Assembly: GCF_006345805.1 (NCBI RefSeq)
Contig: NC_043013.1
Span: 49,600,001-49,664,000 of the forward strand
Source of the DNA: Octopus sinensis
Lineage: Eukaryota
Direction: 5' to 3'
DNA length: 64,000 nucleotides
Notes under the pieces: model-generated
What the model saw: only the letters and a program-made list of their open reading frames with translations
Databases searched by the model: none
Told to the model about the DNA's origin: nothing
Translations under genes and position numbers: made by a program
Part shown: piece by piece, positions 51,043-63,800 of the stretch
How positions within the stretch are numbered: position 1 is the stretch's first letter
Layout: each line of letters begins with the position of its first letter

Positions 51043-51461
51043 GTTAAGGGTACACAGACATGTACCCTTAACATCGTCATGGCACTCCGTCGGTTACTAC
51101 GACGAGGATTCCAGTTGATCCAATCAACGGAACAGCCTGCTCATGAGATTGACGTGCAAGTGGCTGAGCACTCCACAGACACGTGTACCCTTAACGTAGT
51201 TCTCTGGGATATTCAGCGTGACACAGAGTGTGACAAGGCTGGCCCTTCGAAATACAAGTACAACAAAAACAGGAAGAAAGAGTGAGAGGAAGTTGTGGTG
51301 AAAGAGTACAGCAGGGTTCGTCACCACCCCCTGCCGGTGCCTCGTGGAACTTTTGGTGTTTTCTCTCAATAAACACTCACAACGCCCGGTCTGGGAAGAC
51401 GAAACCGCGATCCTACTACCGCGAGTCCGCTGCCCTAACCACTGGGCCATTGCGCCTCCAC
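51040..51461 (-). mobile_element. SINE-D, near full length
   Basis: tRNA-like head shared with 1730-1817; 3' module shared with SINE-E. Confidence 0.85.
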
Positions 51462-51489
51462 ACCCTTAGCATAGTTCTCAGAGAAATTC

Positions 51490-51663
51490 AGCGCAATACA
51501 GAATGTGACAAGGCTGGCCGTATGAATTACAGGTACAACTCATTTTTGCCAGCTTAGTAGACTGGAGCAATGTAAAATAAAGCGTCTTGCTCAATGACAT
51601 AAGTGTACCGCCGGGAATTGAACACGCAACTGAACGCCATAAACTGCTAACCCACGCGCCTTC
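51490..51663 (-). mobile_element. SINE-E 5' part, diverged
   Basis: Reverse complement of the 53541-53720 region. Confidence 0.75.
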
Positions 51664-51780
51664 ATAGAATGCAGATGTACATATGTGTGTTTGCTTGTGT
51701 AGACGCTTGTGTTTATGCGTGAGTAAGTGTTTATATGTAGGACTATATATATATATATATACTATATCCAGTAATGAGTG

Positions 51781-52233
51781 CATGTGTGTGTGTGTGTGTG
51801 TGTGTGCGTGTGTGTGTTGTGTGTGTGTTTGTGTGTGTGTGTGTGTTTGTGTGTGTTTGTGTGTGTGCGTGTTTGTGTTTGTGTGTGTGTGTGTATGTGC
51901 GTGCGTGTGTGTGTGTGCGCGTGTGTGCGTGTGTGTGTGTGTGTGTTTGTGTGTGTTTGTGTGTGTGGTGTGTGTGTGCGTGGTGTTTGTGTGTGTTTGT
52001 GTGTGTTTGTGTGTGGTGTGTGTGCGTGCGTGTGTGTGTGTGTGTTTGTGGTGTTTGTGTGTGTGTGTGTGCGTGTGTGTGTGTGTGGTGGTGTGTGTGT
52101 GTTGTGTGCGTGTGTGTGTTGTGTGTGTGTGTGTGTTTGTGTGTGTTTGTGTGTTGTGTGTGTGCGTGTGTGTTTGTGTGTGTGCGTGTTTGTGTTTGTG
52201 TATGTGCGTGCGTGCGTGTGTGTGCGTGTGTGC

Positions 52234-52289
<56 letters not shown>

Positions 52290-52323
52290 GTGTGTGTGTG
52301 TGTGTGCGTGCGTGTGTGTGTGT
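51781..52323. repeat. Imperfect (TG)n array
   Basis: Direct reading. Confidence 0.97.
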
Positions 52324-52671
52324 AATCTGAAAAAAATACACAGGTGTGGAGGTGGGCGAGTAAAGATAACCATCCACTTTCGTGCCCAAATCAAGATAAA
52401 AATTTGCAATATTTGCTACGATTACTTCACAAACCCTGACTTTCAAATTTATTACTTTTGTCAGGTCTCCCCAAACTAAATACTTCCCACTAACACAATT
52501 ACTACCTTCCTTCCAGCTATTCAAATTAAATTTTTCCGTTCTCTCCGAAAGAGAAGAGAACGATACTTCAACTCAAATTTCACGGTTTGAATAAAATATT
52601 TATCTGGTGGAACTTCGAAGTTACTGTCAATAAAATTGTTATAAAGACATGTTTATACAACATATACAGAA

Positions 52672-52800
52672 TATGTGGTTGGGTGGTAAGAACTTTTGCT
52701 TCCCAGCCATATGGTTCGGGGTTCCGTCCCATTGTGTGGAACCTTGGGTCGATCAAAGGCCTTGTGAGTAGATTTGGCAGACGGAAACTGAAGCCTATAC

Positions 52801-52832
<32 letters not shown>

Positions 52833-53066
52833 AGTGTGTGTTTGTGTGTGTGTGGTGTGTATGTGTGTGTGTGTGTGTGTGCGTGCGTGTGTGTTTGTGT
52901 GTGTGTTTGTGTGTATGTTTGTGTTTGTGTGTGTTTGTGTGTGTGTATGTGTTTGTGTGTGTCTTTGTGTGTGTGCGTGTGTGTTTGTGTGTTTGTGTGT
53001 GTGTATGTGTTTGTGTGTGCGTGTGTGTGTGTATGTGTTTGTGTGCGTTTGTGTGTGTGTTTGTGT

Positions 53067-53109
<43 letters not shown>

Positions 53110-53330
53110 TGCGCGCGTGTATATGTGTGTGCGTGTGTCTTTGTCCCCTCACCATCACTGAACAACTAGAGTTGGTGCGTTTACGTTCCCCATAACTTAG
53201 CGGTTCGGCAAAAAAAACCGATAGGATAAGTGCGAGGCTAAAAAAAAATACGTACTGGAGTCTATTCGTTCGACTAAGATTCTTCAAGGTGGTGCCCCAT
53301 CATGGACGCAGTCAAATAACTGAAACCATT
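52672..53330 (+). mobile_element. SINE-A with internal (TG)n expanded to about 330 bp
   Basis: 5' module 52672-52800, (TG)n 52803-53135, 3' module to about 53330. Confidence 0.85.
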
Positions 53331-53540
53331 GAATATTATACGCTCAATCTGTCCAGTTTGTCCCCTTCGTCCCTTTTGAATGTCCTGACTTTTAACCCAC
53401 TAAGTGGGAACTGAAAACGTTGAGAGGTGTCCTGCACGAACTAGAACGAGGGAGAACTGTATTGGCATACCCGGGCGACAACACCGTCATATGTCGGACA
53501 CCAAACACATTGGGGTGATCAGAACTGCTCTAAGGGAATA

Positions 53541-53868
53541 GTGAAGGCGCGTGGCTTAGTGGTTAGGGCATTCGGCTCACGATTGTAAGGTCGTGAGTTC
53601 GATTCCCGGCTACGCGTTGTGTCCTTGAGCAAGACACTTTATTTCACGTTGCTCCAGTCCACTCAGCTGGCAAAAATGAGTTGTACCTGTATTTCAAAGG
53701 GCCGGCCTTGTCACTCTCTGTGTCACGCTGAATCTCCCCGAGAACTACGTTAGGGGTACACGTGTCTGTGGAGTGCTCAGCCACTTGCACGTTAATTTCA
53801 CGAGCAGGCTGTTCCGTTGATCATATCAGCGGGGACCCTCGTCGTCGTAACTGACGGAGTGCTCCTTC
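53541..53868 (+). mobile_element. SINE-E, near full length
   Basis: A box TGGCTTAGTGG, B box GAGTTCGATTCC, then gtgtccttgagcaagacac. Confidence 0.85.
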
Positions 53869-53869
53869 T

Positions 53870-54780
53870 AAGGGAATACAAGGCTGTAACAGGAACAAAA
53901 ATCAACCAAGAAAAATCGGTGGGTCTACTGCTGGGAACCTGGAGTGGCAAGTCCATGCCGTCCAACAGCGGGACGTTGGACGAATGGACGGGTCGCTTAA
54001 ATTGCTTGGATCTTGGGTCTTCTCAAAGGAGAGAAGATCTGGAATGAGGTTACGAGCAGAGCAGCCAATCTCACCCAGAAATTAGCTGAGAAAGCTATCC
54101 TTGAAAGGTTGGGCAGAAGTGGTGAATATTTCCATAGCCTCCTTCATATATTACTGCCTGGCCGTCGTGCTCTGCTCCAGTTCACATCTCACTGGACTGG
54201 AACACCACCTTTCCGCTTTCTGTGTAAGGGATGCGTTCCACGCGTCAGGTACTCCATTTGTTGTCAACACACGGTGAATGGTGGAGTGGGCATACTGAGG
54301 CTGATGTTGCGACATCTCCAGCGTTTTCTTGACGGTGAGCAGCTGTCGCCACTGTTTCTCAGATTCGCTTTTGAGCAACTTGACTTTCTAAGTTGCAATC
54401 CTGGATCAAGCGTGGAATGAGGCAGGGCGCCTGGTGCCAAGAGTGTTGTCAGCCGCTCACAGCTCTCCGCCGTCGTATGCAATGCGGTCGGTTGATGTTC
54501 TACTTTGGCGCTGTGTAAAAAGTTTCTTGTTATCTCATTGATTTTGGTGAAACGTTTTGATCGTGTAGAAACCTCTCTGCAATATCCTTTGTACTTTTTA
54601 CGAAGGCTCTTGAGATCAGGTTCATTTAGAGCCTTTCTGGTACATGATAGGACCTTTCGCTTGAAGTGTCGTAGCCACATTGTTTTACATCATATCCACG
54701 TTTCACGATACATCCAGCTGTCGTATGCTCGATCACCCATCCGTGCAAAAGAGTGTACATCCCTAGCGGAACTGAAAAGT
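53870..54780 (+). mobile_element. L1/Tx1-like LINE ORF2 relic
   Basis: EYKAVTGTKINQEKSVGLLLGTW, NGGVGILRL, HLQRFLDG; frameshifted. Confidence 0.65.
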
Positions 54781-54834
54781 TACATCTGTGGTGATTTAAG
54801 AGAACAATCATATAATATACATACATATGCATCT

Positions 54835-54928
<94 letters not shown>

Positions 54929-55075
54929 CTTTCTTCTATATATATATATCTATATTATATTATATATTATATTATATTATATTATATTGGTATTGTATTG
55001 TATTATTTATGCATGCATACATATGAATTCATATGTACATATAAACATGCGTTCGTGTATAGATGTCTATAAATA

Positions 55076-56332
55076 CAGGGGTTGAACAAAATAAAGGTAA
55101 CACCCAGCATCACAGCATCATAATCTATAAAACCGTCAAAAGCTTGTTTATTTTTATGGGTTTAAAAAAAATTTATTATTAGTGTTGCTTAATATGTATT
55201 GGTAAAATTGCTGGGTTTTTTTCCAGATATCATCAGTTAAAGGTAATTAAAATTCATTAAAATGACAGATCTATCGGTCTTTCAAAGAGGTCGAATTGTT
55301 GGCGCTTGTGTGATAGGCGCTGGTTTAGGAGCAACAGCCAAAATGTTTGGTGTATTTAGAAGTACTGTCTCGAAAGTAATGACAACCTTTGAGAAAAAGG
55401 GAAAAACCTCCTCATCGAGACAAAACTCCGGAAGAAAACCAAAACTTTCACAAGGGACCATCGGACTCTTACGCGAATTATTAGAAAGGATAACAAAACT
55501 ACAGCTCCCAAAATTACTGCAGAGCTTAATGACCACCTCGAGAACCCTGTTTCCACAAAAACTGTTCGCCGCCGGGGGCTGCACAAAGCCAGATTTCAGG
55601 GAGGGCTGCAATCAGAAAACCACTACTTTCAAAAACAAACGTTGCAAAGCATTTAGAGTGGAGTAAAAACCTACGGAATTGATCCCTATAGCAGTGGAAG
55701 AATGTTATTTTCTCAGACGAGTCATCCTTTACCTCATTTCCGATCACCGGCCGAGTATACGTGTGGAGACAGCCAAAAGAAGCATTTGACCCAGACTGAC
55801 TTCTTCCAACTGTTAAACATGGAAGAGGGTCTGTGATGATCTGGGTGGCGGGGGGGGGGGCTATATCTTGGAAATCCACCAGCCCAATGATTTCCCTTCA
55901 TGGCAGAATTAATAGTCAAGACTATTTAAACATTTTATCTGATCAAATTCATCATATGGTTGCGGAACTGTTTCCAGAGGGTAACGCAATTCACACAACT
56001 AAAGTTGTTACTAAAAAGCACGAGGAACATTCTAGTGGAGTTGAACATCATATCTGGTCACCCCAGCCCCCAGATCTCAATATTATTGAACATTTACAGT
56101 GCATTTTAGAAAAACAAGTAAGGATCCGATATCCTCCACCATAATCACTACAAGAACTGGAAACTGTTTTAACTGAAGAATGGACAAAAATTCTTTGGAA
56201 ACAATTCAAACTTTGTACGAGTCTATACCTCGTAGAATTCAAGCTGTAATTACTGCCAAGGCGGTCCTACCCTATACTAAAATAAATATCTTTGAAATTT
56301 TAAGGTGTTTCCATTATTTTGTCCAACCTCTG
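55076..56332 (+). mobile_element. Full-length Tc1-family transposon (1257 bp) with disrupted transposase 55262-56280
   Basis: TA at both ends; TIR CAGGGGTTGAACAAAATAAAGGTAACACC vs CAGAGGTTGGACAAAATAATGGAAACACC; LSVFQRGRIVG, GRKPKLS, VIFSDES, VKHGRGSVMIW, WSPQPPDLNIIEH; frameshifts and stops. Confidence 0.95.
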
Positions 56333-57774
56333 TATATATACACGTATGCATAGAAATGACAGTAAATGTGTGGGTGTGTGTGTGTGTGTGTGTGCGTGTG
56401 TGTGTGTGTGTGTGCGTGCGTGCGTGTCTGTATGTGTATGTGTGTCTTTGTGTTTCTCTCCCGCCGCCACTAGACAACCGATGCTGGTTTGTTTACAGTC
56501 CTGTAACTTAACGTTTTTGCATTAGAGATCCACAGAATAAGTACCATGCTTAACAAAATCTAAGTCGATTCGTTCAACTAAAACCCTTCAAGGCGGTACC
56601 CCCAGCGTGCTTGCAATCTAATGACTGAAATAAGTAAAAATAAAAATATATAAATATACATAAGCACCTTTGTGGATAAATTCCTTCCACTCCCTCTCCG
56701 AACTATACGAAATAACATAAAATGGTACAAATATTCACACAAAACAATACGTACCAAAAAAAAAAAAACGACAAGAATGACAGTACACGGACACACATGC
56801 GTACACCATACACACACAGCCTATTGAAATAAAAACCAGAAACATTAAAAAGAAGAAAAATGCATTCGCTCTTCACATACCGACTGCCATCCAGGCACAC
56901 ACACTAATGGTGTATGGTGGTGTATGGTGGTGGATAGTAAAAAGTGTTTTTTTATTTGAGCTAAGTATTTTTATATCACCTATCACTTAACACAAGCGCA
57001 TAAGTGCAAATCCGTAAAATATTCACTCTTATTTACGTGACAGATATATGCAATTTAACTAAAGGTTGTATCATATGTACGGGATTTTATTTTTATAGAA
57101 AAAATGGAAAAATAAGAGTGAATATTTATTTTATGAGAGCTGTGTATTAAGTCTATGAAGTGCATTAAGTAATCAACGTATTCCAATGTTTTAAACTTTT
57201 CTATGAGTAGCAGATGAGCGACTATCTTTCCATACAGACACAACACAGGCTACACTTTCAGGTTTTATGGTGAAAGTTTTCAGAAATAATCCAACAGTTT
57301 TACCATCACGATTCCGCTAGTAATAATAAAAGCTCCAAATTTTTGCACAAGACCGGCAGTTTTCAGTGGGAGGAGTTAACTATACTGTCAACCACAGTAT
57401 TTTAGAGGTAGTTTATCGATTTCCGAAGGTATGGAAAGCAAAGTCAATCTCGGCGGAATTTAGACTTAGAACATAAAGACGGACGAAATTCTGCTAAGCA
57501 TTTTGTCCGACAAGCTAATGATTCTGCCTGCTCGCGATATTTTCATAATTGTGATAATAATGAAGAAAAGTGAAGTACAACCAGTGCATGGTGCGTGTTT
57601 CTTATTGGCAAAATAACCCTTCGAATATACATGTTTTAATACACATTTTCACAGCAAGAATCATGTAAAACAAATACATAAATGAATATACATACATACA
57701 TACATACATACATACATACATACCTACCTACATACATACTACATACATACATTCATACATATGCATCCACACAC

Positions 57775-57840
<66 letters not shown>

Positions 57841-57949
57841 ACCTTTATGAACATTGTGCGCGCAAGGACTAACTTATATTTTGCATTTGCGGCTCCGTTC
57901 GTGGGTAACGAGCCCTGCTCTTGACAAGCATACACGACTGCAAACATTG

Positions 57950-58130
57950 CAGACCAAGCAACAACAATAGTTTATCTTCATCACAACTAGTCAAAGTAGG
58001 TGCATAGGCACTTATTAGAGTATCAAATCGCCCACCTTTCAGGTTCAATTGTAGAGTCATTAGACGTTCATTTATAGGAACAGGAAGCTCCTCCAACTTC
58101 TTGTGGATATCAGATCGAACTGCAAAGCCG
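57950..58130 (-). mobile_element. RTE apurinic-endonuclease fragment
   Basis: GFAVRSDIHKKLEELPVPINERLMTLQL...TLISAYAPT. Confidence 0.75.
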
Positions 58131-58350
58131 ACATATGTATGTGTGTCTGTGTTTGTCCCCCCAACATCGCTTGACAACAGATGGTGGTGTCTTTACCTCC
58201 CCCGTAACTTAGCGGTTCGGAAAAAGAGACCGATAGAATAAGTACTAGGCTTACAAAGAATAAGTCCTGGGGTCGATTTCTTTGACTAAAGGCGGTCTTC
58301 CAGTATGGCCACAGTCAAATGGCTGAAACAAGTAAAAGAGTAAAAGAGTA
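58130..58350 (+). mobile_element. SINE-A 3' module
   Basis: tgtgtctgtgtttgtccccc...gaaacaagtaaaagagtaaaagag. Confidence 0.88.
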
Positions 58351-59189
58351 TAGGGTAAAAAAAAAAGCAGCACATATCAAGCAGTGGTTAGCAATGCCTG
58401 TGCAGAGTTTTAGGTCCAATAAGACTTGCACGGCACCTCATAAACCCACCTCCACTTTATTGACGTTATCCAGAGACAAGCCAGAGTGAGATGTCTGGTG
58501 CCAATATGAGTCGCAGGCTCAGGGATGTGGGAGCACCATGATCTCTAGGACAAACCAAAGATCCCCCAAAATGTTCAACGTCATTCCCTGCACATCTGGT
58601 TTTATATCAGAGTGAAATCTCCTAGAGACATGCTTCAAAAGAAGCTGAGAAGTACCTCATTCCCAGTGGTCTTCTAGCACGCCGGACACCATCCCGGAAT
58701 TTCTGCGTGCCCCTGCTATTGCTAGATAGCCGTTGAGCCTGCACTAGGTTCATCCGACTTTTCAATTCCGCTGGGTTTCTAGCAACCCTTCTCACCAGGG
58801 TAGCCTGGTGGGAGTGCCGGTTTAGTCGACGACGACCCAACCATGCAACAGATTGTACTGGATTCCATGTAACCAGTAGCACTTGTGAGAACCTCATAAG
58901 TGACCTGACATATACATACATGCATATATATATATACCCATCCATCTTATCCATCCAATTTACTGGAAGAGTCGTGGGGTTAAATCTTCAGGTACCTCCT
59001 CCATGGAGTCCGATCGGAAGTAACCGTTATGACACTTTCCCGCCAGATCCCTAAGCGTGACCCCTGAGGCTATGGATATTATCCAATCATCTTGTTTTTG
59101 GTCAAACCCTTTTTCACTTGCCAGTTGGCTTGGCTTGGCGAATCCCTCTAAATATCCTTTCCTGCTACATTCTAATCACATTCCTGTAG

Positions 59190-59950
59190 TAGCAGAACTG
59201 TGATCTTCTCGATGGAGTAGTTGGATCGAAGCTATTATTACCTCTCATAAGTTTTATGTACTGGATTGACATGCGCAGCCGTTGTGGAAGTGGTATCACA
59301 ATCGGCAGACATAGGATCGATCGGCTGATATTTGCGGACAATACGCTGTTACTCGGCTCATCTGAAGGTTGTCTCCAGCATACACCGAATGAGTTCGCTA
59401 CGGCGCACTGAAAGGCAGAGAGGAAAATTAGTGTCGTGAACACTGAGACTCTGATCCTCTCGAGAAATTCTTCCCAGTGCACTCTTCACATTAATGGAAA
59501 ATCACTGAGACAAATTGAGAAGTTTAAGTGTCTTAAAGCTGTATTCTCGAGCCATAAAAAGAAAGGGACTGAACTGGGTGCTAGAATTACTGGTGCTGGC
59601 ATTGTAATATGCTATATGAAGCATTCGATCCTCGTTAGTAAAAAACGAAACTGGTTATCTTCAACTTGGTTTTTTGTGTCCCTCCTCAACTGTGGTCATT
59701 GAATGTTGGGTAATGACCGAAAGAGTACGGTTGCGAATACAAGCAGCCAAAATGGAGTTACTTCGAAGGATATCTGGCATATATACACTCACACGCACGA
59801 TCGTGAAATTTTTTTCTCTCGCAGATTGCTTGGATCTGGATGACCAAATTCTGTCAACAGCAAGCTTCTGAAAACAGTAGTTTAGGAATATCCACGGCAG
59901 ACTACACGGGAATTAGCAAAACATTTCAATTCGAGTGACGCTTCGACCAT
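59190..59950 (+). mobile_element. Decayed RTE-like RT fragment
   Basis: LIFADNTLLL, INGKSLRQIEKFKCL, RLRIQAAKMELLRRISG. Confidence 0.65.
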
Positions 59951-59987
59951 AAAACATCTCCATCACTAAGAAAAGTAGGGGCTACTA

Positions 59988-60397
59988 TAGGAGTGGCTGT
60001 GTGGTAAGTAGCTTGCTAACCAACCACATGGTTCCGGGTTCAGTCCCACTGCGTGGCATCTTGGGTAAGTGTCTTCTGCTATAGCCCCGGGCCGACCAAT
60101 GCCTTGTGAATGGATTTGGTAGACGGAAACTGAAAGAAGCCTGTCGTATATATGTATATATATATAAGTGTTTGCGTGTATATGTTTGTGTGTCTGTGTT
60201 TGTCCCCCTAGCATTGCTTGACAACCGATGCTGGTGTGTTTACGTCCCCGTCACTTAGCGGTTCGGCAAAAAAAAGACCGATAGAATAAGTACTGGGCTT
60301 ACAAAGAATAAGTCCCGGGGTCGATTTGCCGACTAAAGGCGGTGCTCAAGCATGGCCGCAGTCAAATGACTGAAACAAGTAAAAGAGTAAAAGAGTA
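59988..60397 (+). mobile_element. SINE-A, full length
   Basis: All modules present. Confidence 0.92.
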
Positions 60398-60959
60398 TAG
60401 TACGATGTCTACCTTGCTATTTGCGACCTACCGTAATTAACAATCCCCTCTACCAATCAACCCAAACAACCGGCCTACCGTTGCTTAAGAAAAAAAAAAT
60501 AGGTGTACCTACTCAAAATTTTCAATCACATTTAGATCATTAATATTGGAAAATGATCAGGAAAAACGATGACCTGTTCACTGCTTTTTAAAATAATATC
60601 AAATCAGTTTACAGACATTAAAATCAATATTTGGTGACATTTTATTTTGTATAAGGCGTTAATGATTTTTAATAAATTTTACACTACAAACTGTTTATAA
60701 TGCTCTTTTCCTTTTGTAGAATAAATGTTTAATGATTTTTAACATATTTCATACTACCAACAATTGGTAGATATCATACTATATTAGAAAATTAATAGTA
60801 GATATCATACTATAGTAGCACCGAGAATTGTCTAAGCTTGACCGATGGGTTCCTCATTTTCTGACTACTTTTCAGTTTAATCAATGAGTTCCTCACTACT
60901 CGTCAACACAAGAAATGAAAAAGCGAGTTCTCTGTAATCACATCCAACTAAAACAATAC

Positions 60960-61306
60960 TCTCTCTCTCTCTTTTACTCTTTTACTTGTTTCAGTCATTT
61001 GACTGCGGCCATGCTGGAGCACCGCCTTTAGTCGAGCAAATCGACCCCGGGACTTATGCTTTGTAAGCCCAGTACTTATTCTATCGGTCTCTTTTGCCGA
61101 ACCGCTATGTGACGGGGACGTAAACACACCAGCATCGGTTGTCAAGCAATGCTAGGGGGACAAACACAGACACACAAACATATACACACACATACATATA
61201 TATATATATACGACGGGCTTCTTTCAGTTTCCGTCTACCAAATCCACTCACAAGGCATTGGTCGGCCCGGGGCTATAGCAAAATACACTTGCCCAAGATG
61301 CCACGT
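60960..61306 (-). mobile_element. SINE-A, 5'-truncated
   Basis: Tail to cccaagatgccacg. Confidence 0.9.
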
Positions 61307-61541
61307 TGACACCAAATGAAAAAGAGAACCTATCGCCAAACGAAGACTACACCCGAAAAATATTATGTTCCGTATTTGGTGGAATTCGAAAGATGTCTTC
61401 TATCATGAAATGTTAAACGAAAACGAAACAGGATTCTGCGGAGAAGTATTGTGGTCAAATGGAAGCACTGCACAAAAATTTGCAAAAAAAGTGCCTGTTA
61501 TTAATCAACTGTCAAGAGGCGTTGCTCTTTCACGATAAGCA

Positions 61542-62033
61542 ATGGCGAGCTGGCAGAAACGTTAGCGCGCCGGGCGAAATGCGTAGCCGTATTTCGTCTG
61601 CCGTTACGTTCTGAGTTCAAATTCCTATTTCTTTACTACCCACAAGGGGCTAAACACAGAGGGGACAAACAAGGACAGACAAACGGATTAAGTCGATTAT
61701 ATCGATCCCAGTGCGAAACTGGTACTTATTTAAACGACCCCGAAAGGATGAAAGGCAAAGTCGACCTCGGCGGAATTTGAACTCAGAACGTAACGGCAGA
61801 CGAAATACCGCTAAGAGTTTCGCCCGGCGTGCTAACGACTCTGCCAGCTCGCCGCCTTATTCAAATTCCGCCTGAGTTCAAATTCCGCCGAGGTCGACTT
61901 TGACCTTCATCCTTTCGGGGTCGATAAATTAAGTACCAGTTACGCACTGGGGTCGACGTAATCGACTTAATCCGTTTGTCTGTCCTTGTTTGTCCTTCTC
62001 TGTGTTTAGCCCCTTGTGGGTAGTAAAGAAATT
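61542..62033. mobile_element. SINE-B composite with internal inversion
   Basis: Plus-strand head, minus-strand copy and plus-strand body inside one gataagca direct repeat (61534-41 and 62034-41). Confidence 0.85.
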
Positions 62034-62156
62034 GATAAGCATGTCCAAATAGCGCCCAAGTCACTCAGAAAACGATTATGGAAGCAAATATGGGAGTTTT
62101 TTAACTCTCCTGACTTTGCTCAATCTATCAACTTTTCGGATCATTGCAACATTATG

Positions 62157-62577
62157 GTGCAGGAGTGGCTGTGTGGTAAGTAGCTTGCTAGCCAACCACA
62201 TGGTTCCGGGTTCAGTCCTACTGCGTTGCATCTTGGGCAAGTGTCTTCTGCTATAGCCCCGGGCCGACCAAAGCCTTGTGAGTGGATTTGGTAGACGGAA
62301 ACTGAAAGAAGCCCGTCGTATATATGTATATATATATATATATGTATGTGTGTGTATATGTTTGTGTGTCTGTGTTTGTTCCCCTAGCATTGCTTGACAA
62401 CCGATGCTGGTGTGTTTACGTCCCCGTCACTTAGCGGTTCGGCAAAAAAAGACCGATAGAATAAGTACTGGGCTTACAAAAAGAATAAGTCCCGGGGTCG
62501 AGTCGCTCGACTAAAAGGCGGTGCTCCAGCATGGCCGCAGTCAAATGACTGAAACAAGTAAAAGAGTAAAAGAGAGT
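62157..62577 (+). mobile_element. SINE-A, full length
   Basis: All modules present; flanked by attatg. Confidence 0.92.
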
Positions 62578-62719
62578 ATTATGTAGAAGGAAAACAGTTT
62601 AATTGTGAAGAGGTTAAAGAAAGATAAGTTTCTTTGCTTCGATATCCGAAGAACTTTAATTCCGAGAGATCAACAATTTTTAAATAGTTGGGATTATCCA
62701 ATAATAGAGAAAAACATTA

Positions 62720-63087
62720 TCTCTCTATATATAAACGGCAGTTTGTCTGTGCGTGTTTCTGTGTGTCTGTTTTCTCGTACCCTCACCCTGACCACGGCTT
62801 TCAACCGATTCTGATGAAACTTGACACACACATAGCCCAATGTCATAATTCAAAACTAATGCAGCGAAAATTTTGAAAAGTTCCCCCAGTTCTGAACAAA
62901 ATCGATAAATTCGACATGGGGTCGAGAATCAGAAACACAAACCGCAAACTGTCTAGGGGACGCAACTCCACCTTTTTTCACTAAAAAAAATTTACCATTT
63001 TTTTGCTATTTTTTGGCTATAACTCTCTAAAAATGCTTTATAGTTATTTCCCTTACAAACCTGAGCAACGCCGGGTGATACTGCTAG
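62720..63087 (+). mobile_element. Non-autonomous Helitron
   Basis: A|TCTCTCTATATATAAAC...GCAACGCCGGGTGATACTGCTAG|T; copy of the 29757 element. Confidence 0.85.
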
Positions 63088-63249
63088 TCTTGATTAAATA
63101 TGCCAGTTAAGACCCAAGAAGCATTTAACACAGGAGTTTTTTTTTTCCAGCGTCATTTGTATGTGCGCGCGTGCGTATGAAAACGTCTGTTCAGTTACAA
63201 AAAGATATTTTCTCTGTTTGAATTATTTGGTGCCATTTTATGTTTCTCT

Positions 63250-63287
63250 ATAATGTTTGTATATGTATGTGTGTGTGATGTATGTAA

Positions 63288-63380
<93 letters not shown>

Positions 63381-63433
63381 ATATATATACATATGTGTGT
63401 GTGTGTGCATATATATATACATATGTGTGTGTG

Positions 63434-63471
<38 letters not shown>

Positions 63472-63558
63472 TAAATAAAATAAAACATATGCATATATAT
63501 ATAAACATATATATATATGTATATGTGTATATATACATATATATATGTATATATATAT

Positions 63559-63593
<35 letters not shown>

Positions 63594-63759
63594 GCACATA
63601 CACACATACACACACACAGATATATATATGATGTATATATATATATATACATACATACACGCGAGTACGCATACATTCGAACTCTCTATCTCCATCTCTC
63701 TCTTTCCCCCCCTCTCTCTCTCTCTCTCTTTCCCTCCCTCTCTCTCTCTCCCTCTCTTT

Positions 63760-63800
<41 letters not shown>
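63250..63800. repeat. Compound (TA)n/(CA)n/(TG)n/(CT)n microsatellite
   Basis: Direct reading. Confidence 0.95.

Larger units (their letters stand above)
61308..62719 (+). pseudogene. mariner-type transposase relic split by nested SINEs
   Basis: LHPKNIMFRIWWNSKDVFYHEML, LLFHDK|ACPNSAQVTQK (cf. HDNARPH), SPDFAQS (cf. SPDLAPS). Confidence 0.7.

Noticed and set aside
51478-53287. 348-aa and other H/T or C/V-rich ORFs
   Set aside because: Translations of (CA)n/(TG)n microsatellites.
53541-53620. tRNA-like sequences at SINE heads (also 1730-1817, 51390-51461)
   Set aside because: A and B boxes are present but there is no closed acceptor stem and they run into SINE bodies; not tRNA genes.
948-62577. 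Apparent SINE-A strand bias (mostly minus left of 37 kb, mostly plus to the right)
   Set aside because: Counts are too small (about 10:5 and 1:5) to support a claim.
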